A stretch of 64,000 bases of DNA, taken from Terriglobia bacterium (lineage in GTDB: Bacteria; Acidobacteriota; Terriglobia; JAJPHL01; JAPKYU01). Of this stretch, positions 48,105 to 58,732 are shown piece by piece. Positions within the stretch are counted from its first letter, which is position 1, and the number at the start of each line of letters is the position of its first letter. The position numbers and the translations under genes were made by a program. The stretch covers positions 192,001-256,000 of the forward strand of contig CBDBKE010000004.1 of NCBI GenBank assembly GCA_965206645.1. Direction: 5' to 3'. Below the pieces are notes generated by a model. The model was not told the DNA's origin. It did no database searches and worked only from the letters and a program-made list of their open reading frames with translations.

Positions 48105-49631
48105 ATGGCAATGCTTCCGCAGCTGTCCCTCCGCACGATTAGGCTCGCGGTTTCTGCGGCGGGGATTGTTCTTTTCTGCACGCACGCGTTCTGCACGCGC
48201 GCGTCCGCCCGCCCGCCGGACCTGCGGACGCTTTACCAGGAGGCGCGCCAAGCGCAGGTAGCCGGCGACGCCAAGACAGCCATCGAGAAATACGTGCAGA
48301 TCCTACGCTTGCGTCCCGATTTGGCCGAAATGCATTCGAATCTCGGGACCCTTTACTACCAGCAGCGTCAAGTGGATGATGCGGTCAAGTCGTTCCAAAC
48401 GGCCCTCAAGCTGAAGGCCGACTTGGGTGCCCCTAACTTTTTCCTGGGTCTAATCGCCTTCAATGCCCGGAAGCACGAAGTCGCGCTGCGGCACTTGAAA
48501 AAGTCGGAGGCGCTCGATCCTTCCAATGTCGCCATACAGCTATACCTCGGTTACACCTATTATGCGCAGTTCGATTTCCGCAATGCGGCTCTCCATTTGG
48601 AGACAGTCGCGAAGCTTGAGCCAGTCAACCAGGACGTGTTTTACCATTTGAGCAAAGCCTACGGACAACTTGCGAAACAGTTTTTTGGGACCCTGCAGAA
48701 GGAGTTTGCGGATTGCTACCACATTCACCTGGCGCGGGCGCACCTCTACGAAGCGGAAGGCAATTGGGAGAAGGCGGAACTCGCCTACGGGCGGGCTCTT
48801 CAGGTGCAGCCAGCGAACGAGCGCCTGAACCAGAAACTGCACGCCGTAGCCCAGAAGAAATCCGACCCGTCGGTGGTGAGCACTGTGGGCGCGGTCCCGG
48901 ACGATTTGGTCGACGGCTCTACCAACTTTCTCTATAACCCCCCGCCTGGCGAGAAGATTCAGGAGCTATTGGAACTTTATCGGAATCGCGTGCGCAAGCT
49001 CGAAAAAGAGTCGACCAAGTCCAGCGAAACACTCTTCTTCCTTGCCGAATACCACCAGGCGCTCTCCTATCTCGCTTCGCTTTGGGTTGCCGCGGCCAAT
49101 CCTGATTCCTACCGTGCGCATCTGCTTCGGGGCCAATATTATGAAGATGCAGGCAAGGATGAAGAGGCGATCCGGGAGTATCAAAGGGCGCTTGAGCTGA
49201 AGCCTGACCTGCGGAACGTGCACTTTGCGATCGGAAATCTGTACTGGAAAAAAGACCAGGACGACGAGGCTCTTCCTGAGCTGGAAAAGGAGCTGCAGCT
49301 CGACCCGAATCACCCGAGCGCTTTGTACGAAATCGCCGAGATTTTCTATACTCGGGGGCGCCTCGACGAGGCTGAAAAGTACTATCTGCGGAGCCTAGAA
49401 TACGATCCAAGGATGGTGGAGGCTTATCTAGGTGTAGAGCGGATTTTCACTTCCAGAGACGAATACCAGAAAGCGCTGCAGTACCTGCACAAAGTAGTTG
49501 AGCTAGACGCCGAGAATGCCACTCCGCATTATCGGATGGCCACCATCTATCGAAAGATGGGCGACAGCGCAAAAGCGCGAGCGGCATTGAGCCTTTTTCA
49601 GAAACTGAAGAAGGGGGACAAGCAACAGTGA
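48105..49631 (+). CDS. Exported tetratricopeptide repeat protein
   Basis: Signal peptide, multiple TPR units (EMHSNLGTLYY, AHLLRGQYYE, PHYRMATIYRKMG). Confidence 0.85.
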   Translation: MAMLPQLSLRTIRLAVSAAGIVLFCTHAFCTRASARPPDLRTLYQEARQAQVAGDAKTAIEKYVQILRLRPDLAEMHSNLGTLYYQQRQVDDAVKSFQTALKLKADLGAPNFFLGLIAFNARKHEVALRHLKKSEALDPSNVAIQLYLGYTYYAQFDFRNAALHLETVAKLEPVNQDVFYHLSKAYGQLAKQFFGTLQKEFADCYHIHLARAHLYEAEGNWEKAELAYGRALQVQPANERLNQKLHAVAQKKSDPSVVSTVGAVPDDLVDGSTNFLYNPPPGEKIQELLELYRNRVRKLEKESTKSSETLFFLAEYHQALSYLASLWVAAANPDSYRAHLLRGQYYEDAGKDEEAIREYQRALELKPDLRNVHFAIGNLYWKKDQDDEALPELEKELQLDPNHPSALYEIAEIFYTRGRLDEAEKYYLRSLEYDPRMVEAYLGVERIFTSRDEYQKALQYLHKVVELDAENATPHYRMATIYRKMGDSAKARAALSLFQKLKKGDKQQ

Positions 49632-49728
49632 GTTCCTGCAAGAGCGAATCGTTCTAGCAAGAGTGAACCGTTCAGGCACGATCTGCCCGACGGCAATCTC
49701 GCCCGCCTGCCAGTTGCGTTTTACCGAT

Positions 49729-50793
49729 TCATGTGCCGACTCCCTTTCCCGCCTGTCGATAACGCTCCAATTTGCGCCGAAACCCAGGGCGCTCGAGCAC
49801 TCCCGGGTTAACGACGTTGAGCGGCGGTTCCCCCCGGCTGACCGCCAGCGCTCCCTCGCAGTCGATTCGGCCCATATCGCGAAAACCCTCTTCGGTCCAG
49901 CAAACCGAGTGCGAAGTGAGAATCACATTGTCAAGGTGGAAGAGTGGCGAATCTGGATCGAGTGGCTCTTTCTCGAAAACATCCAGCGCGGCGGCACGCA
50001 GCCTCCCGCTCTGCAGGGCGCTAATCAGGGCAGGCTCATCCACAATCGGGCCACGAGCTGTGTTGATCAGCACGGCCTCGGGCTTCATCAGGCGCAGTTC
50101 ACGTTCGCCGATGAGGCGGCGCGTCTCCGGTGTCAACGGGCAGTTGACTAGCACGTAGTCGGAAAGCCCGAGCAGCGTGTCCAGCGGAACAAGCTCAACA
50201 CCAGCAGCAGCCGCATGTTCGGCGGACGCGTAGGGATCAAACGCCAGGAACCGGGCGACATCGAAGTTGCGAAGGAGGCGGACCGCTTCCGAAGCGATAT
50301 TTCCAATCCCGATCGTGCCCACCGTGCGGCCACGAGGCTCTCGTCCAAGTCGCCGGGTGCTTTCGGTCCAGCGTCTCTGACGAACCAGGTGGTCCTTCCA
50401 AACCAGGTTATGGGACAGAGCCAGAACGAATAGAACAATGGACTCGGCCACCGGGCGTCGGACACCGGCCGGCGTGATGTACACGGCTACGTCCTGCGCC
50501 GTGCAGGCCTCCAGGTCCACGTTGTCGTAGCCGACGCCGCACCGCCCGACGGCGCACAGCCGCTCCACACCGCGCAGGGAAGCCGCTGTGACGCGAGGCT
50601 TACCCGTGATCAGAACGTCGTACCCGGCCAGCTGCTCGGGAACGTGCTCCGGCCCGTACGGGCTGAGGAATTCGTAGGACACGCTCGGCTCGGCGTCCAG
50701 CAGTGACAACCCAATGTCCGGGAAAATGAGCTGTTGCTTCTCATCCCGAAAGTCGGCGGAAAATGCGATTCGAAATTTGCTTGTATCGCCCAT
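49729..50793 (-). CDS. D-isomer specific 2-hydroxyacid dehydrogenase (SerA-like)
   Basis: RCGVGYDNVD, GTIGIGNIA, LINTARGPIVDE, AALDVFEKEP, ILTSH. Confidence 0.9.
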   Translation of the reverse strand: MGDTSKFRIAFSADFRDEKQQLIFPDIGLSLLDAEPSVSYEFLSPYGPEHVPEQLAGYDVLITGKPRVTAASLRGVERLCAVGRCGVGYDNVDLEACTAQDVAVYITPAGVRRPVAESIVLFVLALSHNLVWKDHLVRQRRWTESTRRLGREPRGRTVGTIGIGNIASEAVRLLRNFDVARFLAFDPYASAEHAAAAGVELVPLDTLLGLSDYVLVNCPLTPETRRLIGERELRLMKPEAVLINTARGPIVDEPALISALQSGRLRAAALDVFEKEPLDPDSPLFHLDNVILTSHSVCWTEEGFRDMGRIDCEGALAVSRGEPPLNVVNPGVLERPGFRRKLERYRQAGKGVGT

Positions 50794-50906
50794 ACCATCC
50801 TCCCGTGAAATCATAGCTCGGATACCGGCTCGTCAAGAGGTCTATTGGAAACGCCAGCCTCTGCAAGACCTTGACGCCGTGAGGAGTATAATCAGAGGAG
50901 ACGAGG

Positions 50907-51932
50907 ATGAAAAGCCCTGGGCCATGGAAACAGGCGGTCTGCTGCGCACTGGTCTCGCTCTGCCTCGGGACAGCAGCGCTGTGGGCACAAACTCCATCTC
51001 GGCAGGATTCGCTCGCCCGAGTATCGCAAATGATGGCCGCGCAACAATGCCGCGAATCCGAGGAACTACTGAACGGGATTCCGGGAAGTTCGTTGGAGAC
51101 GCGTTTTCGCCTTGCCCGATGCTACGGTAAACGGAAAGATCTGAAAAAGGCCATGGAGATTCTCGACTCCATCTTGCGCCGGTCCGACTCCTACACTCCG
51201 GCAGTCCTGCTTAGAGCCCGAATCCTGTATAACACGGGAAAATATTATCAATCATTCTTGTCCATGCAGGACTACACGACTCGTGATCCTGAGAACGGGG
51301 ATGCATGGTTGATTCTCGGATTGAGTCAGTTCATGCTAAAAAAGAACCAGGACGCCGAAGTCTCACTGCGTCGTGCGACAGAGCTCAGCCCCGGAAGCGG
51401 CGAAGCTTTCTACTATATGGGAAGGCTCGCTTATACGGAGAATGATATGCCTTCGGCATTGCGCGCCTTCCAAAGGGCAGTGGAAATCGAGCCGACCAGC
51501 ATGAGGGCCCATAACAATCTTGCATTGACGCACGAGGCATTAGCGCAGTTTGACCTTGCGCGAGCGGCTTATCTGAAGGCCATTGAGCTGGAGCAGAAGC
51601 AGGCGGTCAAATCCGAATGGCCTTATTTTAACCTCGGTGCACTGCGCTTCAAAGAGGGTCACCCCCAGGAAGCCATCGATTACGTCAAGGAAGCCCTCTT
51701 GCGAAAACCGGGGTGGGCCAAAGCGAAGGTGAAACTGGCCATTGCATTGGCCGCAGTGGGAAATCTGGCCGGCGCTCGTGCTCAGCTGGAAGCGGTCCTC
51801 CGCTCAGACGCTCGGAACGCTGACGCCCATTATCAGCTCGCTCTGGTCTTGGTCCGCGTGGGTGAAAAGGAGCTGGCGGATCAACATTTCACTCGGTTCA
51901 ACAAATTCCGACAATCAAGTAGCCGGCGTTAG
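50907..51932 (+). CDS. Exported tetratricopeptide repeat protein
   Basis: Signal peptide, TPR units (AFYYMGR, AHNNLA, WPYFNLG, AHYQLA). Confidence 0.85.
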   Translation: MKSPGPWKQAVCCALVSLCLGTAALWAQTPSRQDSLARVSQMMAAQQCRESEELLNGIPGSSLETRFRLARCYGKRKDLKKAMEILDSILRRSDSYTPAVLLRARILYNTGKYYQSFLSMQDYTTRDPENGDAWLILGLSQFMLKKNQDAEVSLRRATELSPGSGEAFYYMGRLAYTENDMPSALRAFQRAVEIEPTSMRAHNNLALTHEALAQFDLARAAYLKAIELEQKQAVKSEWPYFNLGALRFKEGHPQEAIDYVKEALLRKPGWAKAKVKLAIALAAVGNLAGARAQLEAVLRSDARNADAHYQLALVLVRVGEKELADQHFTRFNKFRQSSSRR

Positions 51933-52103
51933 CAGCGGACCATTCTTCCAGTCGCGAATGTGCCTGCCCGTGACCGTCCGTAGGTAGGTCTGTGGCTTCC
52001 GACCTGATTCTTGCTTTATTTATATCCCCTGTGCTTTGGTGAGTTACCTAACGGACGGGGCGATTCGTCTATCGACTTCTGTCCTGGGATATTCGTCGCC
52101 GGA

Positions 52104-53465
52104 CTAAATCAGCCCTTTTATAGGCTGAGCAGTTGTATCATCAATCGAGTTGGCGATCTTGATCGGTCGACCGATGGAGGTCATATACTCTTTGTGCCAG
52201 TCAATGCCGAGTGCCTTGTACACGGTCGCAAAGACGTCTCCGATCGTCACCATCCGGTCTTCGACGTAGGCGCCCTTCGAATCGCTGGCGCCGATAACCT
52301 GGCCGCCCTGGAGGCCACCGCCTCCTAACACCATGGACCAGCAGTGAGGCCAGTGGTCGCGCCCATTGTTGGGATTGATATGGGGAGTCCGGCCGAATTC
52401 CCCCATCGCAACGACGAGGGTAGATTCCAACAGTCCCCTCTGCTCGAGGTCTTCCAGGAGGGTGGACAGGGCCTGATCCAAATGAGGAACCAGTTTCCGA
52501 TGTCCTTCCTGGTTGGCTGAATGGAAGTCCCAGGAGTTGAACGTGTATCCTGCCGCCGTTACAAAACGGCTGCCTGCCTCCACAAGCCTCCGGGCCAGCA
52601 ACACACTTTGGCCAAAACCGTTGCGGCCGTATGCATCTTTTACCTTTTCCGGTTCGTTCGAGAGATCGAAAGCTTCCTTCACGGACTGGGACAAGATCAT
52701 TCTGAGGGCCTGTTCCGTAAAGTTGTCCATGGCGGCATGCTCGGCACGGCTAACTTTTTCCCGGTAGATCTCATCGACAATGTTGAGAAGCGAACGTCGG
52801 TGCCCTAAGCGTTCAACGGAGATTCCCTTTGGCAGTTTCAGGTCAGGAACCTCAAAGTCTCTTTGTGTCGGACAGACGCCACTTTTCGGCTTCACGCATA
52901 CGTTCGGGTCGGACAGCATCAAAGGGTCGTACTCGGGACCAAGGAAAGCGGCCTTAAAAGGCCTCTCGTACGTCGCTATATCCCGCTCCCATTTGGGAGC
53001 TAGGACGTAGGAAGGAACATTGTTGCGTCCGCCCAATTCCTTGCCAACGATTGAGCCCAGGCTGGGAAACTCCATCGCTGGGTTCGGTCGATGGCCTGTC
53101 ACCGCGTAGTAGGTGGCTTCTGTGTGGTTCAGTTCCAAGGTGTGAAGGGAGCGAATAATGGACAACTTGTCCATGTGCCGGGCCACTCGCGGGAGCAGTT
53201 CGGAAATCTGGATTCCCGCTACATTCGTGGAGATCGGCCGAAACGCGCTGTTGGACTTTGGATCCCACATATCGATCTGACTCGGTCCGCCCTCCAGCCA
53301 GAGCATGATGCAGGCCTGAGCCTTCCCCTTGGAAGTTGGCAGCAAGCTCCTGGCTTCCAGATACTGCTGCAGCCCGATGCCTAAGAAAGTCAAGCTACCC
53401 ACCCGCAGAAATGCTCGGCGGCTCAGATTTTCTTCGGTGCGGTGCAAACAACCTACTTTTTCCAT
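52104..53465 (-). CDS. DUF1501 domain-containing protein (Tat-exported)
   Basis: SRRAFL Tat motif, WLEGGPSQIDMWDPK, ARRLVEAG, WDFH, MGEFGRTP, GRDHWP. Confidence 0.9.
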   Translation of the reverse strand: MEKVGCLHRTEENLSRRAFLRVGSLTFLGIGLQQYLEARSLLPTSKGKAQACIMLWLEGGPSQIDMWDPKSNSAFRPISTNVAGIQISELLPRVARHMDKLSIIRSLHTLELNHTEATYYAVTGHRPNPAMEFPSLGSIVGKELGGRNNVPSYVLAPKWERDIATYERPFKAAFLGPEYDPLMLSDPNVCVKPKSGVCPTQRDFEVPDLKLPKGISVERLGHRRSLLNIVDEIYREKVSRAEHAAMDNFTEQALRMILSQSVKEAFDLSNEPEKVKDAYGRNGFGQSVLLARRLVEAGSRFVTAAGYTFNSWDFHSANQEGHRKLVPHLDQALSTLLEDLEQRGLLESTLVVAMGEFGRTPHINPNNGRDHWPHCWSMVLGGGGLQGGQVIGASDSKGAYVEDRMVTIGDVFATVYKALGIDWHKEYMTSIGRPIKIANSIDDTTAQPIKGLI

Positions 53466-53493
53466 TGGTATCTCCTTTGCTGCCAGCTGCCCA

Positions 53494-56079
53494 TCAGTGG
53501 TTCTCGGCGAATTCTCGAGAACTGACCAGCGCCCAAGTCAAGTCCTGGATGGTTTCTTTGCGCGAGGATCCCTGAGATATGACCCTCAGTAGCTTCGCTT
53601 TTTCCTTCTCCGCCGGGAACCGGGAGAGGGCGAGCAAGTAGAGCTCTTCGATCATCTCGGCGTCCGAACGACCGGTTTTCAGTAGCTGATCAACCCGCCC
53701 ACCTGGCCTGGAGATCTTATCCGTGTAGGTTGAGCCTACCAGGAGGTGTAACGCCTGCACCAGATTGGGCGCGACCTTTCGCTCCGGCACCGAGTAACGG
53801 AGTGAACGTCCGTACATGTCGGAAAACCGGTGGGGGTAGATGTCGGACTCCCTCAGGTTAATTGCTCTGGTGCCCGGCGGTGCTGTTCCCGGGTAGTCAT
53901 TATCCGTGCGGTGCTCGAAAATCTCGGGCGCTCCCGTAACGTGGGAAATCGCATCCAACAGAACTTCGGCGTCCAGAGCCCGGGGAATGCTATGGGAATA
54001 GTTTATATGGTCGTCCCGATTCGTTTCATTGGGCTGGCTGCTGAGCTGATACGTTCTGGAACTCACAATCTTACGCATGAGATCCTTCAAATCGTATCCA
54101 TGTTCACGAAAGTCCTCGGCCAGTGCTCTCAGAAGGTCGGGGTGTGTTGGGGGATTGGTAGACAAAAAATCGTCTACCGGCTCGACAATTCCTCGCGAGA
54201 AGAAATGACCCCACATCCGGTTGACCGTTGCTTCGGCAAAGTAGGGATGAGAAGTCATCCATTTCGCCAGTTCCAACCGCAAGTCTTCCCGCTTCGTTGC
54301 CGGCAGAACTTCCCGGTCAAAAAATGTCGGCTGAACTTCCATCTTCGTGCGAGGATGTAGGGTTTTTCGGCTCTTCCCCTTTTCCCCATAAGCAACTTCT
54401 ACCCCCTTAGTGTCGTCATACAGCACCGAACCGTACGCATCATCCTGAGGACCAAACTTGACGATGTTCATCCGGCCGAAGAAAGCAGCCAGGCCCCAAA
54501 ACTGATTCTGGCTCCAGGCCTCAAATGGGTGGTTGTGGCACTGAGCGCAGTCCAGCCGGCGGCCCATGAAAACCCGAACCTCCTCGGCCATCCGGGTTTC
54601 GGGATCCTTAGCGGTAAACCCAAAGTAGTGCCGCGACGGACCATTGTAGCCTTGTGCCGCAAGGCGTTCGCGGGCCATCTGATCGTAGGGCTTGTTCTCT
54701 GTGATGCTGTCTCGGATCCATTCCCAATAGGTCTCAGCAAATCTTCCATTCACCCCTTGCGCATAGCGCGCCACTCTGAAGAGGTCCGCGAACCGAAACG
54801 TCCAGTAGTCGACGTACTCGGGAGTGTTCAGCAGCGCTTCAATCAGTTTGTCTCGCTTTCCAGGATCCTTACCGGTGAGGAATTCCCGGACCCGCGCGGG
54901 AGGAGGCAGTGTCCCGGTCAGGTCAAGACACACCCGCCGGATAAACTCCTCGTCGCTGGAGAGCTCGGAGGGGACGATACTGAACTTCTGCAGCTTCGCG
55001 AAAACGTACTTGTCAACGAAGTTGTTGCGCGGTACCTCCGGATAGTTCGATAAGAGCTTTGAAATGACTCCGACCCTGACGCTTACCGTCCGTCCTGCCG
55101 CCCGGATCAGCACCGGTGTCTCGCCGGTCCTTGCGGCTTCGACCAAACCACGAGATGTGACTTTCACCACCTCCGGGTTGCTAGAAGTGTACCGGACTTG
55201 ATCCGTAAGATCTTCCCGCTGACCGTTGGAAAGCCGGGCGCTGACCAGGAGTTGGTGCTTACCGTTCGGGTCGAGGACAACCTCTTTGGGAAATGCCTCC
55301 AATCTTTCAATGCTGACCGTTTTGGAATCTTCCGCGCCATAAGGGGCGCCATTGCGAATCCAGGTGAGAATTACTTCATAATCGCGGGAGCCAACCTTGA
55401 ATCGCTCGCCCCCGCCATGCGGCACAGTGAAAGTGGGCTTCTGCAGCAACAAACTCTTTTCGGGTTCCTTCGAATCGACCCGCGGAACCCTGGTCCCCGG
55501 ATCCGGGCTCAACACCTGATACGTGCCCCCCTCCACAATCCATTCGTAATCCTCTCGAGGGTCCAGACCGCCTAAGGAAAGTTTGAATCCTCCCCTACCC
55601 TTGACTCCGCCGTGGCAACCACTGTCGTTGCATCCCTTCCTGGTAAAGATCCCGACGATCGCCCGTGGGAAACTAAATGGCCACTCTTCCTGCGAACTCT
55701 CCACGCGGATGCCAGTGCTTGCAGAGCGTCCGCCGACGGAAGCAGTTAATACAGCCTTCCCGTCAGCCACCCCGATCACCCGTCCTATGGACTCAACCTT
55801 AGCTATCCGTGGTTTTGAGATCGAAAATCGGCTTGTGCTCGTGAGATCGCGCTCGAGGCCGTCGGCGTATTTCCCCAGCACGAGAAATCGCTGCGATGCC
55901 TTAGCTCTCCACAGTGTTGGATTCTCCGGCACCAGACGTAGCGACAGCAGCTTGGCTGTCCCGGCAGAGCCGGACTGAGGCTTTTTTGTCCCAGCACTGA
56001 CTGCAGGGACGCCCCAGGAATTCAGAACTAGCGTCCCAGCCAGAGCCAACCAGCCAAACCTACCGTTCCGTCTTTCCAT
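53494..56079 (-). CDS. DUF1549/DUF1553 protein with Ig-like domains
   Basis: GCNDSGCHG, SLLLQKP, HGGG, EFIRRVCLDLTGTLP, CAQCHNHPFE, NRMWGHFF, NPPTHPDLL. Confidence 0.9.
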   Translation of the reverse strand: MERRNGRFGWLALAGTLVLNSWGVPAVSAGTKKPQSGSAGTAKLLSLRLVPENPTLWRAKASQRFLVLGKYADGLERDLTSTSRFSISKPRIAKVESIGRVIGVADGKAVLTASVGGRSASTGIRVESSQEEWPFSFPRAIVGIFTRKGCNDSGCHGGVKGRGGFKLSLGGLDPREDYEWIVEGGTYQVLSPDPGTRVPRVDSKEPEKSLLLQKPTFTVPHGGGERFKVGSRDYEVILTWIRNGAPYGAEDSKTVSIERLEAFPKEVVLDPNGKHQLLVSARLSNGQREDLTDQVRYTSSNPEVVKVTSRGLVEAARTGETPVLIRAAGRTVSVRVGVISKLLSNYPEVPRNNFVDKYVFAKLQKFSIVPSELSSDEEFIRRVCLDLTGTLPPPARVREFLTGKDPGKRDKLIEALLNTPEYVDYWTFRFADLFRVARYAQGVNGRFAETYWEWIRDSITENKPYDQMARERLAAQGYNGPSRHYFGFTAKDPETRMAEEVRVFMGRRLDCAQCHNHPFEAWSQNQFWGLAAFFGRMNIVKFGPQDDAYGSVLYDDTKGVEVAYGEKGKSRKTLHPRTKMEVQPTFFDREVLPATKREDLRLELAKWMTSHPYFAEATVNRMWGHFFSRGIVEPVDDFLSTNPPTHPDLLRALAEDFREHGYDLKDLMRKIVSSRTYQLSSQPNETNRDDHINYSHSIPRALDAEVLLDAISHVTGAPEIFEHRTDNDYPGTAPPGTRAINLRESDIYPHRFSDMYGRSLRYSVPERKVAPNLVQALHLLVGSTYTDKISRPGGRVDQLLKTGRSDAEMIEELYLLALSRFPAEKEKAKLLRVISQGSSRKETIQDLTWALVSSREFAENH

Positions 56080-56099
56080 TACAAGTTCCTCTAAACTTT

Positions 56100-58061
56100 T
56101 TAATTGTTTTCTTCTCGCAACCGAGCAGATGTCTTTGTGTCTTCGCTCGGCCGGATGACCATAAGGGGAAATTCCCGCACTATGACGGGCGCGCCCAGTT
56201 TGCCCTGAACCACCGGTCTTGCGCTGACGCGAACCATCTGGGGCATCCTCGTAGCCGGAGCGTTCTCGCTGCCCAAGAGCATAATGACTATTTTTTCCGT
56301 TTTCGGAAGATAAAGCTCTCTTCTGCCTGCATCCGCCGACGGTAACTTGTCTGGTTCAACCGTGGCGCTGGGGAGGGCCTGTACCCCTGCGGGGAGATTC
56401 TCAACGGCGAAAGCGATACCACCGGACAATCCCTCTTCCAGATCGCTGATGAGAGTCAACTTGCTTGCCTGTCCAGCCACGAGGTTGATGTGATCTTCGC
56501 TCAACTCGACTTTACCAACATGCGGAATTTGTGGCCGGATCAGGAGCCGATAGGTGAAGTGCGGGTTACCGTGTCGAGACGTAATATCACCTATCTTCAA
56601 GGTGTAGGCGCCTTGCCGTGGGAAAGCGTGAATCGTCTTGGGCTGAATCTCTTTAGCGTACTCGTTGCCAGCCCCCGATACCCATCGGTGAATATTCGCG
56701 AACAACTCTTTGCCATGACTGTCAAGAATTACGAAATGAGGATTAAAGTCGGGTGGCACAAGGTCGGGAGTCTCCAACTCAAAAGCCAGCTGCTCCCCCG
56801 CCTTCACATGAAACTTGAAGGTATGCACATCGCCCGGCTTTTCAATGGTTCCCTCCACTAGAGCTGGGAGTTTCAGTTCCACGGCCTGACCGACCATTCC
56901 ATTTGGCCGTGTTTTCTTAGTGTTGACCGTAGCGGCGCCCGACTGGGTGAGATCAACGCCCTGTAGGCTTCCCATCGCGCTTTCCTTCACCAAAAGTACG
57001 GAAGAGAGACCTTGGTTGACAACTTCCCGCAATTCGTCAGTAACCACCGTTCTGGATACAAGTGCCGAGAGCCGGGTCCCCTCCAGCCGTCTGTCCCAGG
57101 CGCGTTCTTCCCACTTGGAGGGGTCCCACGGGGTCGCGTAGCGGAATTGTTTCAGCCGGGCCGTGCGAATCTCTTTTTTCGGAAGAACCTCAATCGGAAC
57201 GATTCGCAGTTGATAGGTGAAATCCGGTCCGCCCGTCCCCAGGAACGAGCTGACCTTCACTACGTAACGGCCTTCTTGGCCGAACTTGTGGATGAATCGT
57301 CCCCTGCTGCTGCTGGATGCGAGGCGTGTTGCGCGATTCGGGTCAAACCAGCTGCCAGTCACTTTGTAGAGGGCTAGTTGAGCAGCCACACGCGCGTTCT
57401 GTCGGGTCAGTCTGCTGGAGATAACCCGAAACGCGATCTCTTGCCCCCTGGAGACTTCAAAGGCGTAATAATCCAAATCCCCCCTGTTGCTAATCTTGCC
57501 TGCCACCACACAGGGAATGTTGACCACCTGCGCCTCGTGAGCTTTATTATGAGGATCTTTGCTTTCGGTGATTAGGGATTCAGAGTTGACGAAGAACTTC
57601 AGCGCATTGGAAACTCCGGCGGACGAAACGAGCCTCAAGGAGTAAGCGCCGATCTTCGCGCTGGAGTCGATTTCCACCTGCAACCGAGCGCGGTGGCTTG
57701 CTGCCGGGTGCGGTCCGGGCAAGCTACCCGTTGCTGGCGTTTTTTCTCCCTTTGGGGCTGCAATCTCTTCGACCTTGCGCAGGCTGGCTTTCAGGCCCGG
57801 GGTGCCAGACCAGACAGCGTAGGCTTCGCCCAGATTCTTCCCCCGGACCTCGGCCTGCAAACTCGTGCCTTTCTGTCCGCCCGAAGGAAAAATGGAAAAG
57901 ACCTGGGGAGTCGTTGGAGATCCGGTCTTCTCATCTTGGGCGCGGAGAAGGCCCCCGAAGCCGCTGACAAGAAAGACAAGCAGAAACCAAGTCTTCAAAT
58001 GAGGTTTACTCGACACGAACGCGACTCGCCTCATCCTACTGTTGTGTGACTGCCGTGTCAA
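56100..58061 (-). CDS. Exported PPC (pre-peptidase C-terminal)-domain protein
   Basis: IFPSGGQKGT, GVSN, GKISNRGDLDYYAF, GTIEKPGDVHTFKF, YRLLIRP; typical partner of DUF1549/DUF1501; start uncertain. Confidence 0.75.
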   Translation of the reverse strand: MTRQSHNSRMRRVAFVSSKPHLKTWFLLVFLVSGFGGLLRAQDEKTGSPTTPQVFSIFPSGGQKGTSLQAEVRGKNLGEAYAVWSGTPGLKASLRKVEEIAAPKGEKTPATGSLPGPHPAASHRARLQVEIDSSAKIGAYSLRLVSSAGVSNALKFFVNSESLITESKDPHNKAHEAQVVNIPCVVAGKISNRGDLDYYAFEVSRGQEIAFRVISSRLTRQNARVAAQLALYKVTGSWFDPNRATRLASSSSRGRFIHKFGQEGRYVVKVSSFLGTGGPDFTYQLRIVPIEVLPKKEIRTARLKQFRYATPWDPSKWEERAWDRRLEGTRLSALVSRTVVTDELREVVNQGLSSVLLVKESAMGSLQGVDLTQSGAATVNTKKTRPNGMVGQAVELKLPALVEGTIEKPGDVHTFKFHVKAGEQLAFELETPDLVPPDFNPHFVILDSHGKELFANIHRWVSGAGNEYAKEIQPKTIHAFPRQGAYTLKIGDITSRHGNPHFTYRLLIRPQIPHVGKVELSEDHINLVAGQASKLTLISDLEEGLSGGIAFAVENLPAGVQALPSATVEPDKLPSADAGRRELYLPKTEKIVIMLLGSENAPATRMPQMVRVSARPVVQGKLGAPVIVREFPLMVIRPSEDTKTSARLREENN

Positions 58062-58197
58062 GAAGTATACAGATCTGTCCTCTGGTACGCCACCCCCGAA
58101 GATGGCAGAAGGCCGCCCAGCGAACTAACTTAGCGGGAAACACGGGGTGGAGCTCCGTCTGAATTGAAGCGCGCCAAACTGCCTGGACGAGTCGTTG

Positions 58198-58572
58198 CTA
58201 CAGAGTTTTCAGGTAGGCCAGCACGTTGGCCAGCTCTTTCTTGCTCAGCTTCTTCTCGAACGGGGGCATCTTGTCGCTGCCCTTCACGATGCGCTCGGTC
58301 ACGTTCTCATCGTTGACCGGCTTGCCGGAGTGGGGCAGCTTCTTGGCTTTGTAAAGGCCTTTTAGCCCTGGGGAGCCAAACTTCTCCGCGGTGCTGTCGG
58401 TGTTGTGACACACGGCACAGTTCTTGGAGAAGATCGCGTCGCCGACTTTGGCAGCTTTGGCATCATCAGCCTTGGCGCTTTTTTCCTTCTCGGCGGGTTT
58501 CTTGTCGGCAGCAACCAGGGTCAGAGCCGCCGCTAGGATCAGCACCAGGAACTTGAGGAATTTTGGCTGCAT
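58198..58572 (-). CDS. Monoheme c-type cytochrome
   Basis: Signal peptide, CAVCH, PGLKGL, KMPPF distal Met. Confidence 0.9.
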   Translation of the reverse strand: MQPKFLKFLVLILAAALTLVAADKKPAEKEKSAKADDAKAAKVGDAIFSKNCAVCHNTDSTAEKFGSPGLKGLYKAKKLPHSGKPVNDENVTERIVKGSDKMPPFEKKLSKKELANVLAYLKTL

Positions 58573-58732
58573 CGTGTTTGATCCTCCAACCACAGTAAGC
58601 CCGCCTCGGGCACAGGGCAAACTAAGGTCTTTTCGTGAGATTGTCAAATGTGAAGACGGCCAGGAGCCGGGTGCGGTTCCCACGATTCGGTCATACTGCC
58701 GTCTCCCCTCCTTTTATATCACAAGAGCAGTC

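Noticed and set aside
50871-50892. TTGACG...TATAAT sigma70 promoter before the TPR gene
   Set aside because: The spacing is only 10 bp, incompatible with a -35/-10 pair
41514-58190. A second att-bounded island extending to ~58.1 kb
   Set aside because: The region looks accessory, but no further tRNA-Leu repeat or integrase was found to define a boundary
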